Assembly (NCBI GenBank): GCA_937890005.1
Contig: CALBZA010000026.1
Coordinates: 3,841 to 67,840 of the forward strand
Length of the DNA: 64,000 bases
Direction of reading: 5' to 3'
DNA from: an uncultured Verrucomicrobia subdivision 3 bacterium
GTDB taxonomy: Bacteria > Verrucomicrobiota > Verrucomicrobiia > Limisphaerales > DASXHY01
Shown here: positions 8,935 through 16,304 of the stretch, piece after piece
Position numbering within the stretch: the stretch's first letter is position 1
How the letters are laid out: every line of letters starts with the position of its first letter
Position numbers and translations under genes: made by a program
Notes under the pieces: model-generated
What the model saw: only the letters and a program-made list of their open reading frames with translations
Databases searched by the model: none
Told to the model about the DNA's origin: nothing

Positions 8935-9699
8935 ATGAGTTCAGAATCGAAGCCCACGGACCTACTCGGTCTCGCCCCTTACGGTGAAGCAGTAAAGTCT
9001 GCCACCGACAAGACTTTCGAAACGGCTCAGGCATTTCTCTACGCTTTGTGTCGCCCCGCAGCTGAAGAAGCGGGCTTGCTTTTCCGGGACCAGATACGCT
9101 TTTGGAGAGCGAAGAACCTAGCTCGGATCGCTGAGAAGGCTCAGGCATTCACAACTGTCACGCCTGAAGGTCTGCAATTGCAGGCTCCGCCAAGAGTTGT
9201 TCACGAGATCATCGAGCACGGTTCATGGTGCGAGCAGGAGGAGCTCCAAAGCATGTGGGCTGGACTCTTGGCCAGCTCCTGCACCAAAGATGGCGTAGAT
9301 GATTCGAGCTTACCATTCATAGACATATTAAAACGCATTACGTCAGCGGAGGCTAAACTTATAGAACATGTCTGCAAAAACTCGATCGTGGATGCCAGTC
9401 CTTCGGGTGTGCTTCGAGGCAGGTCTGTAGATTTATCCCTTGAGCAGATTCAGGCGATTACTGGATGGAAGGACAAGACTCTCGCGCAGGCTTGTATCGA
9501 ACACCTAGTTTCCCTCGGGTTGTTGAAGGAGCAACCTGCCATTTTCTTCAACGGAACACCGAAAGTTCCCTGGATTCAACCAGAACCGTTGACTCTCCAT
9601 TTCTATGTCCGTTGCTGTGGTTCCAGAATAGCCACAAAACAGTTTTTTGACGAACTAGCAAGTAAGACCGGAAAGACCGCTTTTTCGGAGGCGGAGTGA
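8935..9699 (+). CDS. Abi-alpha family (DUF4393/PF14337-like) protein
   Basis: The ATG at 8935 lies within track ORF 8764..9699. Matching segments are MSSESKPTDLLGLAPYGEAVKSATDKT..., AEEAGLLFRDQIRFWRAKNLARIAEKA, and EELQSMWAGLLASS...FIDILKRITSAEAKLIEHV. Together they fit the family pattern as I recall it. Confidence 0.6.
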   Translation: MSSESKPTDLLGLAPYGEAVKSATDKTFETAQAFLYALCRPAAEEAGLLFRDQIRFWRAKNLARIAEKAQAFTTVTPEGLQLQAPPRVVHEIIEHGSWCEQEELQSMWAGLLASSCTKDGVDDSSLPFIDILKRITSAEAKLIEHVCKNSIVDASPSGVLRGRSVDLSLEQIQAITGWKDKTLAQACIEHLVSLGLLKEQPAIFFNGTPKVPWIQPEPLTLHFYVRCCGSRIATKQFFDELASKTGKTAFSEAE

Positions 9700-9705
9700 G
9701 TAGTC

Positions 9706-9873
9706 ATGGCAGAGAAGAATTACATTACGTATCGCAAACACCTCGAATATTGTGCGCTAATATCTGCGTTTGGAACAAACAGTTCAGCCTCCCTGATGCA
9801 AACGCGTGTCGCGCGGGAAAACGTGCAGGAAGGGCGGGCAAAGGGGTACTGCAGGGCGGAAAACAAGCATTGA
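9706..9873 (+). CDS. possible 55-aa ORF downstream of Abi-alpha (below the track cut-off)
   Basis: My own translation gives MAEKNYITYRKHLEYCALISAFGTNSSASLMQTRVARENVQEGRAKGYCRAENKH. No motif found, so coding status is uncertain. Confidence 0.2.
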   Translation: MAEKNYITYRKHLEYCALISAFGTNSSASLMQTRVARENVQEGRAKGYCRAENKH

Positions 9874-9923
9874 TCACACGTTAAGGACTACGTGTAGGAG
9901 GCATCTGGCTGGATTAGATTTTA

Positions 9924-9947
9924 GATGCGTTTTTGGATGCGTTTTTG
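9924..9947. repeat. 12-bp tandem repeat GATGCGTTTTTG x2 upstream of the small serine recombinase
   Basis: Read directly from the sequence. Confidence 0.85.
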
Positions 9948-10062
9948 GAACACCCTGAACACGCTCCCCTTTGGTCTCTACAGAACACCTCACGGCAGCA
10001 GGACAAAACGACCGTTTACTTCACGACTGCCTGCCAGATACTCACTCTCGTAAAATGCGAGC

Positions 10063-10731
10063 ATGAAACATTGCGTCGCGTATTTCAGAGTATCAACAAA
10101 GCAGCAGGGAATGGACGGCCTCGGAATGGAGGCACAGCGAACAGCGGTCGCACAGTTCCTAGCATCACGGAACCTCCACTTGCTTGCGGAGTTCGCAGAG
10201 GTGGAAACAGGGAAGCGGAAGGATCGTCCAGAACTCACAAAAGCAATCGCACTGTGCAGGAAAGCAAAGGCAACGCTTGTGATCGCAAAGCTGGACCGGC
10301 TGGCACGCAATGCAGCGTTCGTGCTGAATCTCCGGGATTCCGGCGTGGACTTTGTTGCGTGCGACATGCCGGACGCAAACAAGCTCACAATCGGCATCAT
10401 GGCACTAGTGGCGGAACAGGAGCGGGATTGGATCAGCGAACGCACAAAGGCAGGACTGGCAGCGGCAAAGCGCAGGGGCACCCAGCTTGGCAATCCCCGC
10501 ATCGCAACAGCTCGCACGCTAGCAATCGCTGCAACGAAGGAGAAAACACGGGCATTCACCGACAGGCTTGCGCCGGTGATCGCAGAGATTACGGCTGCGG
10601 GTGTTACGACTCTCAAAGGAATCGCACAGTGCCTCAATGCGCGTGGATTCAAAACACCACAGGGCGCAGCATTCACAAGGCAAGCGGTTGCGAAGCAGAT
10701 GAGACGACTTCGCAAAGAACGTCAGGCATAG
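10063..10731 (+). CDS. small serine recombinase (resolvase/invertase type)
   Basis: The N-terminus MKHCVAYFRVSTKQQGMDGLGMEAQR contains the catalytic Ser motif. Also has LVIAKLDRLARN and ERDWISERTKAGL. Confidence 0.9.
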   Translation: MKHCVAYFRVSTKQQGMDGLGMEAQRTAVAQFLASRNLHLLAEFAEVETGKRKDRPELTKAIALCRKAKATLVIAKLDRLARNAAFVLNLRDSGVDFVACDMPDANKLTIGIMALVAEQERDWISERTKAGLAAAKRRGTQLGNPRIATARTLAIAATKEKTRAFTDRLAPVIAEITAAGVTTLKGIAQCLNARGFKTPQGAAFTRQAVAKQMRRLRKERQA

Positions 10732-10779
10732 CTTCTAAACCAGTTGCCGCCACTCGTTCGTCTCGCGCATTGTCGCAAC

Positions 10780-11202
10780 ATGGACGAGACGGCGGAAGAG
10801 ACGCAGGACAGGGCCGACATTCGGAAACAGGGACGCAGGGCGCAGAAGCGCAAGAACATCACACTCTCCAAGCAGTTTTCTCCCCGATTCTGGGAACAGT
10901 CCGATTCTCGCGTTGCGGTGGTCCGCGCAATTCGCCGCCGGTATGAACTTTTGAAGCAGCACGCAGGCGGCGAAGAATCCTATCAGCGCGATCTACTCTG
11001 CCAGCGCACTGCTTTCATTTCCGTGATCCTCGAAACGCAGGAGGTTGAGGCGGCTGAGGGTGGCTCACTGGACATGAGCGTCTATGTGCAGGCCATTAAC
11101 TGTTTATCGGGCCTGCTCCGCTCCTTGGGGCTGGAACGCCGGATCAGGAACGTGACAGACCTCAGCGCCTACCTTGAGAAGAAACGGAGCGCAGCGCAGT
11201 GA
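10780..11202 (+). CDS. putative terminase small subunit (assigned by position only)
   Basis: ~140-aa basic protein immediately upstream of TerL and overlapping its start. No diagnostic motif. Confidence 0.35.
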   Translation: MDETAEETQDRADIRKQGRRAQKRKNITLSKQFSPRFWEQSDSRVAVVRAIRRRYELLKQHAGGEESYQRDLLCQRTAFISVILETQEVEAAEGGSLDMSVYVQAINCLSGLLRSLGLERRIRNVTDLSAYLEKKRSAAQ

Positions 11203-12698
11203 ACATCCTCGATGCAATCAGAGACGAGAACTTGTTCCGGCCGTTTCTCGGTGATGATTTGAGCACGTGGAAGTATTGGGGAATTGCATTGCGTGCGCTT
11301 TACGGGATCCCAATCAAATCACTTAAAGGACGAGCCTTCGTGCAGCAATGCACAGGCAGGGATGCCAGTGAGCTTCCAGCAGAAGGATTTCAATCCGCGC
11401 TGTTCCTCGTAGGCAGACGGAGTGGCAAATCTCGTATCGCGGCAGTGATCGGCGGTTTTGAAGCGCTGTTCGGTGGACATGAGAAGCGGCTTGCGAAGGG
11501 TGAAACCGGAATCATCCCTATCATCAGCCCTTCAAAATTCCAGAGCGGAATCGTTTGGAAATACATCCGCGGTCTTTTTGATGTTCCACTGCTGAAACAG
11601 GAAGTGGTCAACGAATCCGAGCGTGATCAAACGATTACGCTTCAGAACGGAATCGAAATCCGAATTCTCACAGGCGATTGGCGCACTGTGCGCGGGCCGT
11701 CGGTCGTTTGCGCAATTATCGACGAGGTATGTTTTTTCGGTGTCACAGAAGAATCGAAGGTGCGCAGCGACACTGAACTGGTTCGCGCTTTGCGCCCGGC
11801 ATTGCTGACGACGAAGGGGAAGTTGATTGGCATTTCCTCGAAATATGCGCAGAAGGGGTGGGCCTATGGCACTTGGAAGAAGCAGCACGGAGCGAACAAG
11901 GGAGATGCGCAGTTCAATCCGAAATGGCGCACACTCGTTTGGGACACCGATTCCCGGACGATGAATCCCACGCTGTCGGAAGCAGAGATCGCAGCGGCAT
12001 ACGAAGAAGACCCAGCGGCAGCTCGAAGTGAATTCGGCGGCTGCTGGCGCGAAGACATTGAAGAATTTGTTCCCCGATCCATGATCGAATCGCTTGTTGC
12101 TGCAAACAGGCGAGAACTGCTTCCGCGTTCACTTTCGTATTCCGCAGGCGTGGATTTGAGCGGTGGACGCGGCGACAGCGCCGCATTGTGCATCGTTCAC
12201 AAGGAAGAGCGGCGAGTTGTGCAGGATTTCATAAAGGAGTGGCACGCACCCTTCAACCCGTATTCCGTAGTTTCGGAGATTGCGAGTGAGTTGAAGCGTT
12301 GGAATCTCCGTTCAGTGCGCGGGGACAACTACGCCGGCGACTGGCCTGTTCAGGCGTTTCGCGAACACGGAATACGTTACCTTCCAGCTGATCGCAGCAA
12401 ATCAGAACTCTATCGCGAAATGCTGCCTGTGTTGTGCGGCGGCAAAGCATCAATCGAACTGCTCGACAATGCCACACTGGTAAATCAGCTCGCATCGCTG
12501 GAGCGCAAAACACGCAGCGGGGGCAATGATGTGATTGACCACCCCCGAGGCGGAAAGGACGACGTTGCGAACGCCCTAGCTGTTGCGTGCAGTGCAGCAT
12601 CGCAAAAGCGGCTCCGAGCGGGTGGACTGTGGCGGATTGATCTGAACGCTTCCGAAGAATTTCCAAGCCGTCTTGCAATTCTCCAACAAACCCAATGA
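11199..12698 (+). CDS. terL: terminase large subunit
   Basis: Walker A-like VGRRSGKSRIAA and Walker B-like VCAIIDEVCFF. Nuclease-half motifs GVDLSGGRGDSAALCIVH and VIDHPRGGKDDVANALA. GTG start overlapping the upstream stop. Confidence 0.75.
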   Translation: MNILDAIRDENLFRPFLGDDLSTWKYWGIALRALYGIPIKSLKGRAFVQQCTGRDASELPAEGFQSALFLVGRRSGKSRIAAVIGGFEALFGGHEKRLAKGETGIIPIISPSKFQSGIVWKYIRGLFDVPLLKQEVVNESERDQTITLQNGIEIRILTGDWRTVRGPSVVCAIIDEVCFFGVTEESKVRSDTELVRALRPALLTTKGKLIGISSKYAQKGWAYGTWKKQHGANKGDAQFNPKWRTLVWDTDSRTMNPTLSEAEIAAAYEEDPAAARSEFGGCWREDIEEFVPRSMIESLVAANRRELLPRSLSYSAGVDLSGGRGDSAALCIVHKEERRVVQDFIKEWHAPFNPYSVVSEIASELKRWNLRSVRGDNYAGDWPVQAFREHGIRYLPADRSKSELYREMLPVLCGGKASIELLDNATLVNQLASLERKTRSGGNDVIDHPRGGKDDVANALAVACSAASQKRLRAGGLWRIDLNASEEFPSRLAILQQTQ

Positions 12699-12704
12699 AC
12701 GATT

Positions 12705-13175
12705 ATGAATGACAATCCTGTGATGATGAAGGTCCGAGCGTTCGAGGAACGGCACGGTTCCGAGAAGTATTCTGACGGCGCTGCGTGGTTTTACGCGGAC
12801 GGTGCGATGCGTGACATGAATCCGATCGGCATATTGATGGAGCCGCCTGACTCCGGCACCGACGAGGGGGAATACAAAATGGCCCTGCACAAACTCAAGT
12901 TCGCGCAGCTCAAACTCCAGACCGCCGTTTCGGAGTTCGACCAGCTGAACACGCGGCTGGCACACACGATTCCGATGGACCCGGATGCGGATTTGGCAGA
13001 GCTAAAGCGTCTCGCAAAAGTGGTAGAGAGCCGGAAGAAGCTTGTGACGGAGGCAGAGGAAGGCGTTGCTAATACCCGCTGGGGTCGCCGTCGAGCCGAA
13101 CTGAGGCGAGCAGACGAGGAACAGCGTCAGCGCATGGCTGACTTCAACGAGAAGCGCCGTTCCATCCGAGTGTAA
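12705..13175 (+). CDS. hypothetical coiled-coil protein
   Basis: 156-aa ORF, same strand, tightly packed after TerL. Confidence 0.5.
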   Translation: MNDNPVMMKVRAFEERHGSEKYSDGAAWFYADGAMRDMNPIGILMEPPDSGTDEGEYKMALHKLKFAQLKLQTAVSEFDQLNTRLAHTIPMDPDADLAELKRLAKVVESRKKLVTEAEEGVANTRWGRRRAELRRADEEQRQRMADFNEKRRSIRV

Positions 13176-13191
13176 CGCAATCAAATCACTT

Positions 13192-13485
13192 ATGAATACG
13201 ACTAGAGTTCAACTGCCGGACGGACGACTGCTCACCATCGAGGGTGGCACCGCAGAAACCACCGCAGCATTGCTGAGAAACCACTATCTCACGCCAGCTG
13301 CAACACAGGAACGTGAAGCCCTTGCGACTAACGAGGAACCAATGACGATGCCGAGCCTCCAAGATGCGCTTCAAAACCAGCAGCATCAACGCATTCGCAC
13401 CGTGGTGCAGAACCTTCCGCGTCCGGTTGTGAATGAAACAGACGAGCAACCGCTGGAAATGCCCCGGATGAAGTTCTCTGAGTGA
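13192..13485 (+). CDS. hypothetical protein
   Basis: 97-aa ORF with an ATG start. Confidence 0.45.
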   Translation: MNTTRVQLPDGRLLTIEGGTAETTAALLRNHYLTPAATQEREALATNEEPMTMPSLQDALQNQQHQRIRTVVQNLPRPVVNETDEQPLEMPRMKFSE

Positions 13486-13778
13486 TCTTCAGTTCCGGCG
13501 TCAATGCGATTGCCGTATTGCACGCCGTAGCTATTTTCAGAGTGCCAGCTTGTTTCTGTTTGGAGCTGGTGAGTTACCGACAGCCGTCCCTTTGACTTTC
13601 CACAATGGGACGGCGCTTTTTCCAGCTTCCTCCGTGTCCGTTTCTGCGTTCCGGCCCCAAATGCGCTGTCATGAGCGGGATCTTACTGCTTAGGTCCAAG
13701 GTGGGGCATTGGCAGGTCCAGGCAGGGTGTTTACACGTTGCCGGGGAACAGCGCACACAAGCGGAGGATTGTTCGCTG

Positions 13779-14258
13779 ATGTTCTTAAAAACCATCAATA
13801 CCGTTGCTCACGCGATGCTCATGGATGCACAAATGCCAGTGGTGCTTACAGGCACCGCAGACGGCAATGAAGCCCCTGCATCGAAGGTAAAGCAAATGAA
13901 CAAGAACACTGCGCCGAAGTTCCAAACCCCACACGAAAAAGCCAAATCAGCTCCGCGTCCCAAGCAGCCGGTGAAAGCAAGAGCGAAGAAGTCGGCGAAA
14001 TCCATCAAACCGCGGAAGGGCAAGTTGGGGCTGTTGCTCGGTCACTCGGTTGTCTCCGTGATCCGAGCAATGGGCAAGGCAGGCTGGACATACGAAACAG
14101 CCCGTGCTGCACTGGACAAGGCCGGGATTGAAGCTGCAACGCATACCGTGAAAGTTGGGCTGAAGCGGGGACGCGACGGACAGAAACGCATTGCGCCTCT
14201 CACGGAAAAACAGCTTCAGAGCCTCAAGGTGAAACCGACAACAGCACAGAAGCAATGA
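13779..14258 (+). CDS. lysine-rich basic protein, ATGA-coupled to the large serine recombinase
   Basis: The ATG at 13779 is preceded by GGAGGA. Contains a K-rich tract KAKSAPRPKQPVKARAKKSAKSIKPRKGK. Its stop overlaps the integrase ATG. The track ORF begins earlier, at 13605. Confidence 0.45.
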   Translation: MFLKTINTVAHAMLMDAQMPVVLTGTADGNEAPASKVKQMNKNTAPKFQTPHEKAKSAPRPKQPVKARAKKSAKSIKPRKGKLGLLLGHSVVSVIRAMGKAGWTYETARAALDKAGIEAATHTVKVGLKRGRDGQKRIAPLTEKQLQSLKVKPTTAQKQ

Positions 14259-15937
14259 GCAGGGGAAAACAGAAAATACTCCGTTTCGCCGCGCTGCGCC
14301 GTGTCTCTACGGAGCAGCAAGAGAAGGTTGGTGAATCGCTCCAGACACAGACAAAGGACATCGCATCAACTGTGAAAGACTTGGGTGGTGTCGTTGTCGA
14401 GTGGTATGGAGGGCAGGAACACGCAACACCGGGCCACGAGAAGCGGGAAGTCGAGCGATTGCTCCACGATGCACAGCGAAACCGGTTTGATGCCTTGATC
14501 GTGGCGCATCCGGACAGGTGGAGCCGCGATAATTCTTCCAGCCGCGCAGGACTGGAACTGTTCCGCGAGCACGGCGTGAGGTTCTTTGCTGGTGCAACGG
14601 AATACGACCTGTTCAATCCGGATCACGAGCTGTTCCTCGGGATTTCAGCCGTCGTCGGACAATTCCAAGCGCGCCAGCAAATGCTCAAGTCGATGAAAAG
14701 CCGCATCGAACGGGCAAAGGGAGGAGTTCCCACAGGGGGACGCCTCCCGTTTGGACGTGTTTTCGTGCGCAGCAAGGATAGGCGAACGGGCCATTGGGAA
14801 ATTGATCCAGCGAAGCATGAGATGGTGAGGGACTGCGCCAAGCGTTATCTGAAGGGTGAATCGCTCGTTGATCTAGCTGCCGAATATAACGTGAATGCGT
14901 CGAACCTTTGGAAGGTGCTTACGAAGGTGAGCGGCTCCAAATGGAAAGTTGAATTCAGCTCCAAGGTGCTCAATCTGCACGAGATTGTAGAACTTGATGT
15001 GCCTCCTTTGCTAGACAAGGAGACAATCGAGGCAATTTGCAGCAAAGCAGAAGCAAATCGCACCTACACGCACGGGCATATCAAACATCGGTATCTGTTC
15101 TCCCGGATGATTTTTTGCGCTCATTGCGGCTATGCGATGATGGGACAGACGAACCAGAATACAAAGCGCTACTACAGACACGCGCACACTGAACGAGATC
15201 GCGTCTGCAACGGCGCACCAAGAAAGGGATGGATCCCGGCTGATGCGATTGAGGACAACGTGATGCGCCACCTGTTTGAAACCTTCGGCAATCCGGTCGC
15301 AGTGCAGCGAGCAATCGAGGAAGCGACTCCAAACAGCGACAGGATTCAGCAAGCGGTCAAACGCAAGGGGTTCGTGGAGCAGGAACTGGAGACGATTGAG
15401 AATTCCCGGCAGCGAATTCTCAGATTGATTGTGAAGGGGACGATTGAAGAAGCAAACGCAGAGACGGAGCTTAAGAAGCTCAAAAACCGCGAACAGAAGC
15501 TAACCGACGAGCGAACACGGCTCGAAGATGAGCTTGCGCATGTTCCATCGCGGGAAGTGCTAAAATCGGCCTCAAGGAAGATCGCCGGAAAGTTCCTTCA
15601 ATACACCAGTGCCAAAACTTGGGCAAAAACTCGGCAGGCGAACGAAGCGTTCGATGCGATGAGCTTTGAGGAGAAGCGTGCGCTCTGTGAATCTGTGTTC
15701 GCCGGAAAAACAACCGACGGACGGCGCACGGGCATCTCCATAGCGTGGGACAGCACTGGAAAGAAGTGGCGCTATCGAATCGAAGGATTGTTGATAGATG
15801 CAGAAGGCCCGATCAGTGAGGGCGCATTTGTTTTCGGGGCACCGCAGGGTCAGAAAGCTCTAGTGGGTAAATTTGCATCGCAAACGCCATGCACATCACG
15901 GCAAGCGTTTACATCAATGACGCCGAGGACGGATTAA
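14255..15937 (+). CDS. large serine recombinase (integrase)
   Basis: 560 aa. The resolvase domain has [11 protein letters not shown] and [13 protein letters not shown]. It is followed by a recombinase domain, a zinc-ribbon-like CAHCGYAM...C segment and a coiled coil. The last 14 codons read across attR into yjbQ DNA in another frame. Confidence 0.9.
   Translation: MSRGKQKILRFAALRRVSTEQQEKVGESLQTQTKDIASTVKDLGGVVVEWYGGQEHATPGHEKREVERLLHDAQRNRFDALIVAHPDRWSRDNSSSRAGLELFREHGVRFFAGATEYDLFNPDHELFLGISAVVGQFQARQQMLKSMKSRIERAKGGVPTGGRLPFGRVFVRSKDRRTGHWEIDPAKHEMVRDCAKRYLKGESLVDLAAEYNVNASNLWKVLTKVSGSKWKVEFSSKVLNLHEIVELDVPPLLDKETIEAICSKAEANRTYTHGHIKHRYLFSRMIFCAHCGYAMMGQTNQNTKRYYRHAHTERDRVCNGAPRKGWIPADAIEDNVMRHLFETFGNPVAVQRAIEEATPNSDRIQQAVKRKGFVEQELETIENSRQRILRLIVKGTIEEANAETELKKLKNREQKLTDERTRLEDELAHVPSREVLKSASRKIAGKFLQYTSAKTWAKTRQANEAFDAMSFEEKRALCESVFAGKTTDGRRTGISIAWDSTGKKWRYRIEGLLIDAEGPISEGAFVFGAPQGQKALVGKFASQTPCTSRQAFTSMTPRTD
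15884..15900. other. attR junction (element AAACGCC | ATGCA | host CATCACG)
   Basis: See attL. The single a/c difference just left of ATGCA fits host versus element arms. Confidence 0.65.
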
Positions 15938-16179
15938 TTCACGATTACGACGTCTGGCTGGAGAAACTCGCGCCCCACGCGCCGACGTCGCAGTATCATC
16001 ACAATCGCACCGGCGAGGACAATGCCGACGCGCACATGAAACGCCAGATCATGGGACGGGAAGTCGTCGTCGCGATCACCAAAGGAAAGCTCGACCTCGG
16101 ACCCTGGGAACAGATCTTCTACGGCGAATTCGACGGCCGCCGCCGAAAACGTGTTCTCGTGAAAATCATTGGCGAATAG
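15889..16179 (+). pseudogene. yjbQ: yjbQ 3' portion, copy A (96-codon ORF beginning at the internal Met)
   Basis: [96 protein letters not shown] is a typical UPF0047 C-terminal core. Confidence 0.8.
15900..16178 (+). repeat. direct repeat copy A (279 bp, 3 mismatches versus 17337..17615)
   Basis: Base-by-base comparison at a constant offset of 1437 bp. The differences are at 15903, at 15930 (gac/gat), and at the stop third base (TAG/TAA), which lies just outside the repeat. Confidence 0.9.
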
Positions 16180-16225
16180 CACTGTGTAATTTGCGGCGAG
16201 TTGCCGAATTCATCAGCCCGCGACC

Positions 16226-16242
16226 GCGACTCTGCGAGTCGC
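16226..16242 (+). other. hairpin GCGACTC-TGC-GAGTCGC downstream of copy A
   Basis: Read directly from the sequence. No T-run follows. Confidence 0.4.
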
Positions 16243-16304
16243 AGCGGGGTGGATCGCCGAATTGAATCTGAACAACCTCAACCTTTGAAAGCGAACGGTG
16301 CGCC

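Larger units (their letters stand above)
4692..15891. mobile_element. integrated ~11.2-kb phage-related element (satellite-like or remnant) with a large serine recombinase at its right end
   Basis: Bounded by the two halves of yjbQ. Carries LSR, small serine recombinase, TerS-like, TerL, Rep-like wHTH, DUF3102-like and Abi-alpha genes. All genes are on the + strand. Part of the left half is visibly AT-richer. Confidence 0.75.

Noticed and set aside
7721-9947. Short tandem repeats considered as a CRISPR array
   Set aside because: There are only 2-2.5 copies of 12-13 bp units with no spacers and no cas genes, so this is not a CRISPR array. I also saw no tRNA- or rRNA-like sequence anywhere in the window.
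9933-10946. 337-aa plus-strand ORF spanning the resolvase region
   Set aside because: It is out of frame with the well-supported serine recombinase gene (10063..10731). Its R/G/T-rich translation has no recognisable domain.
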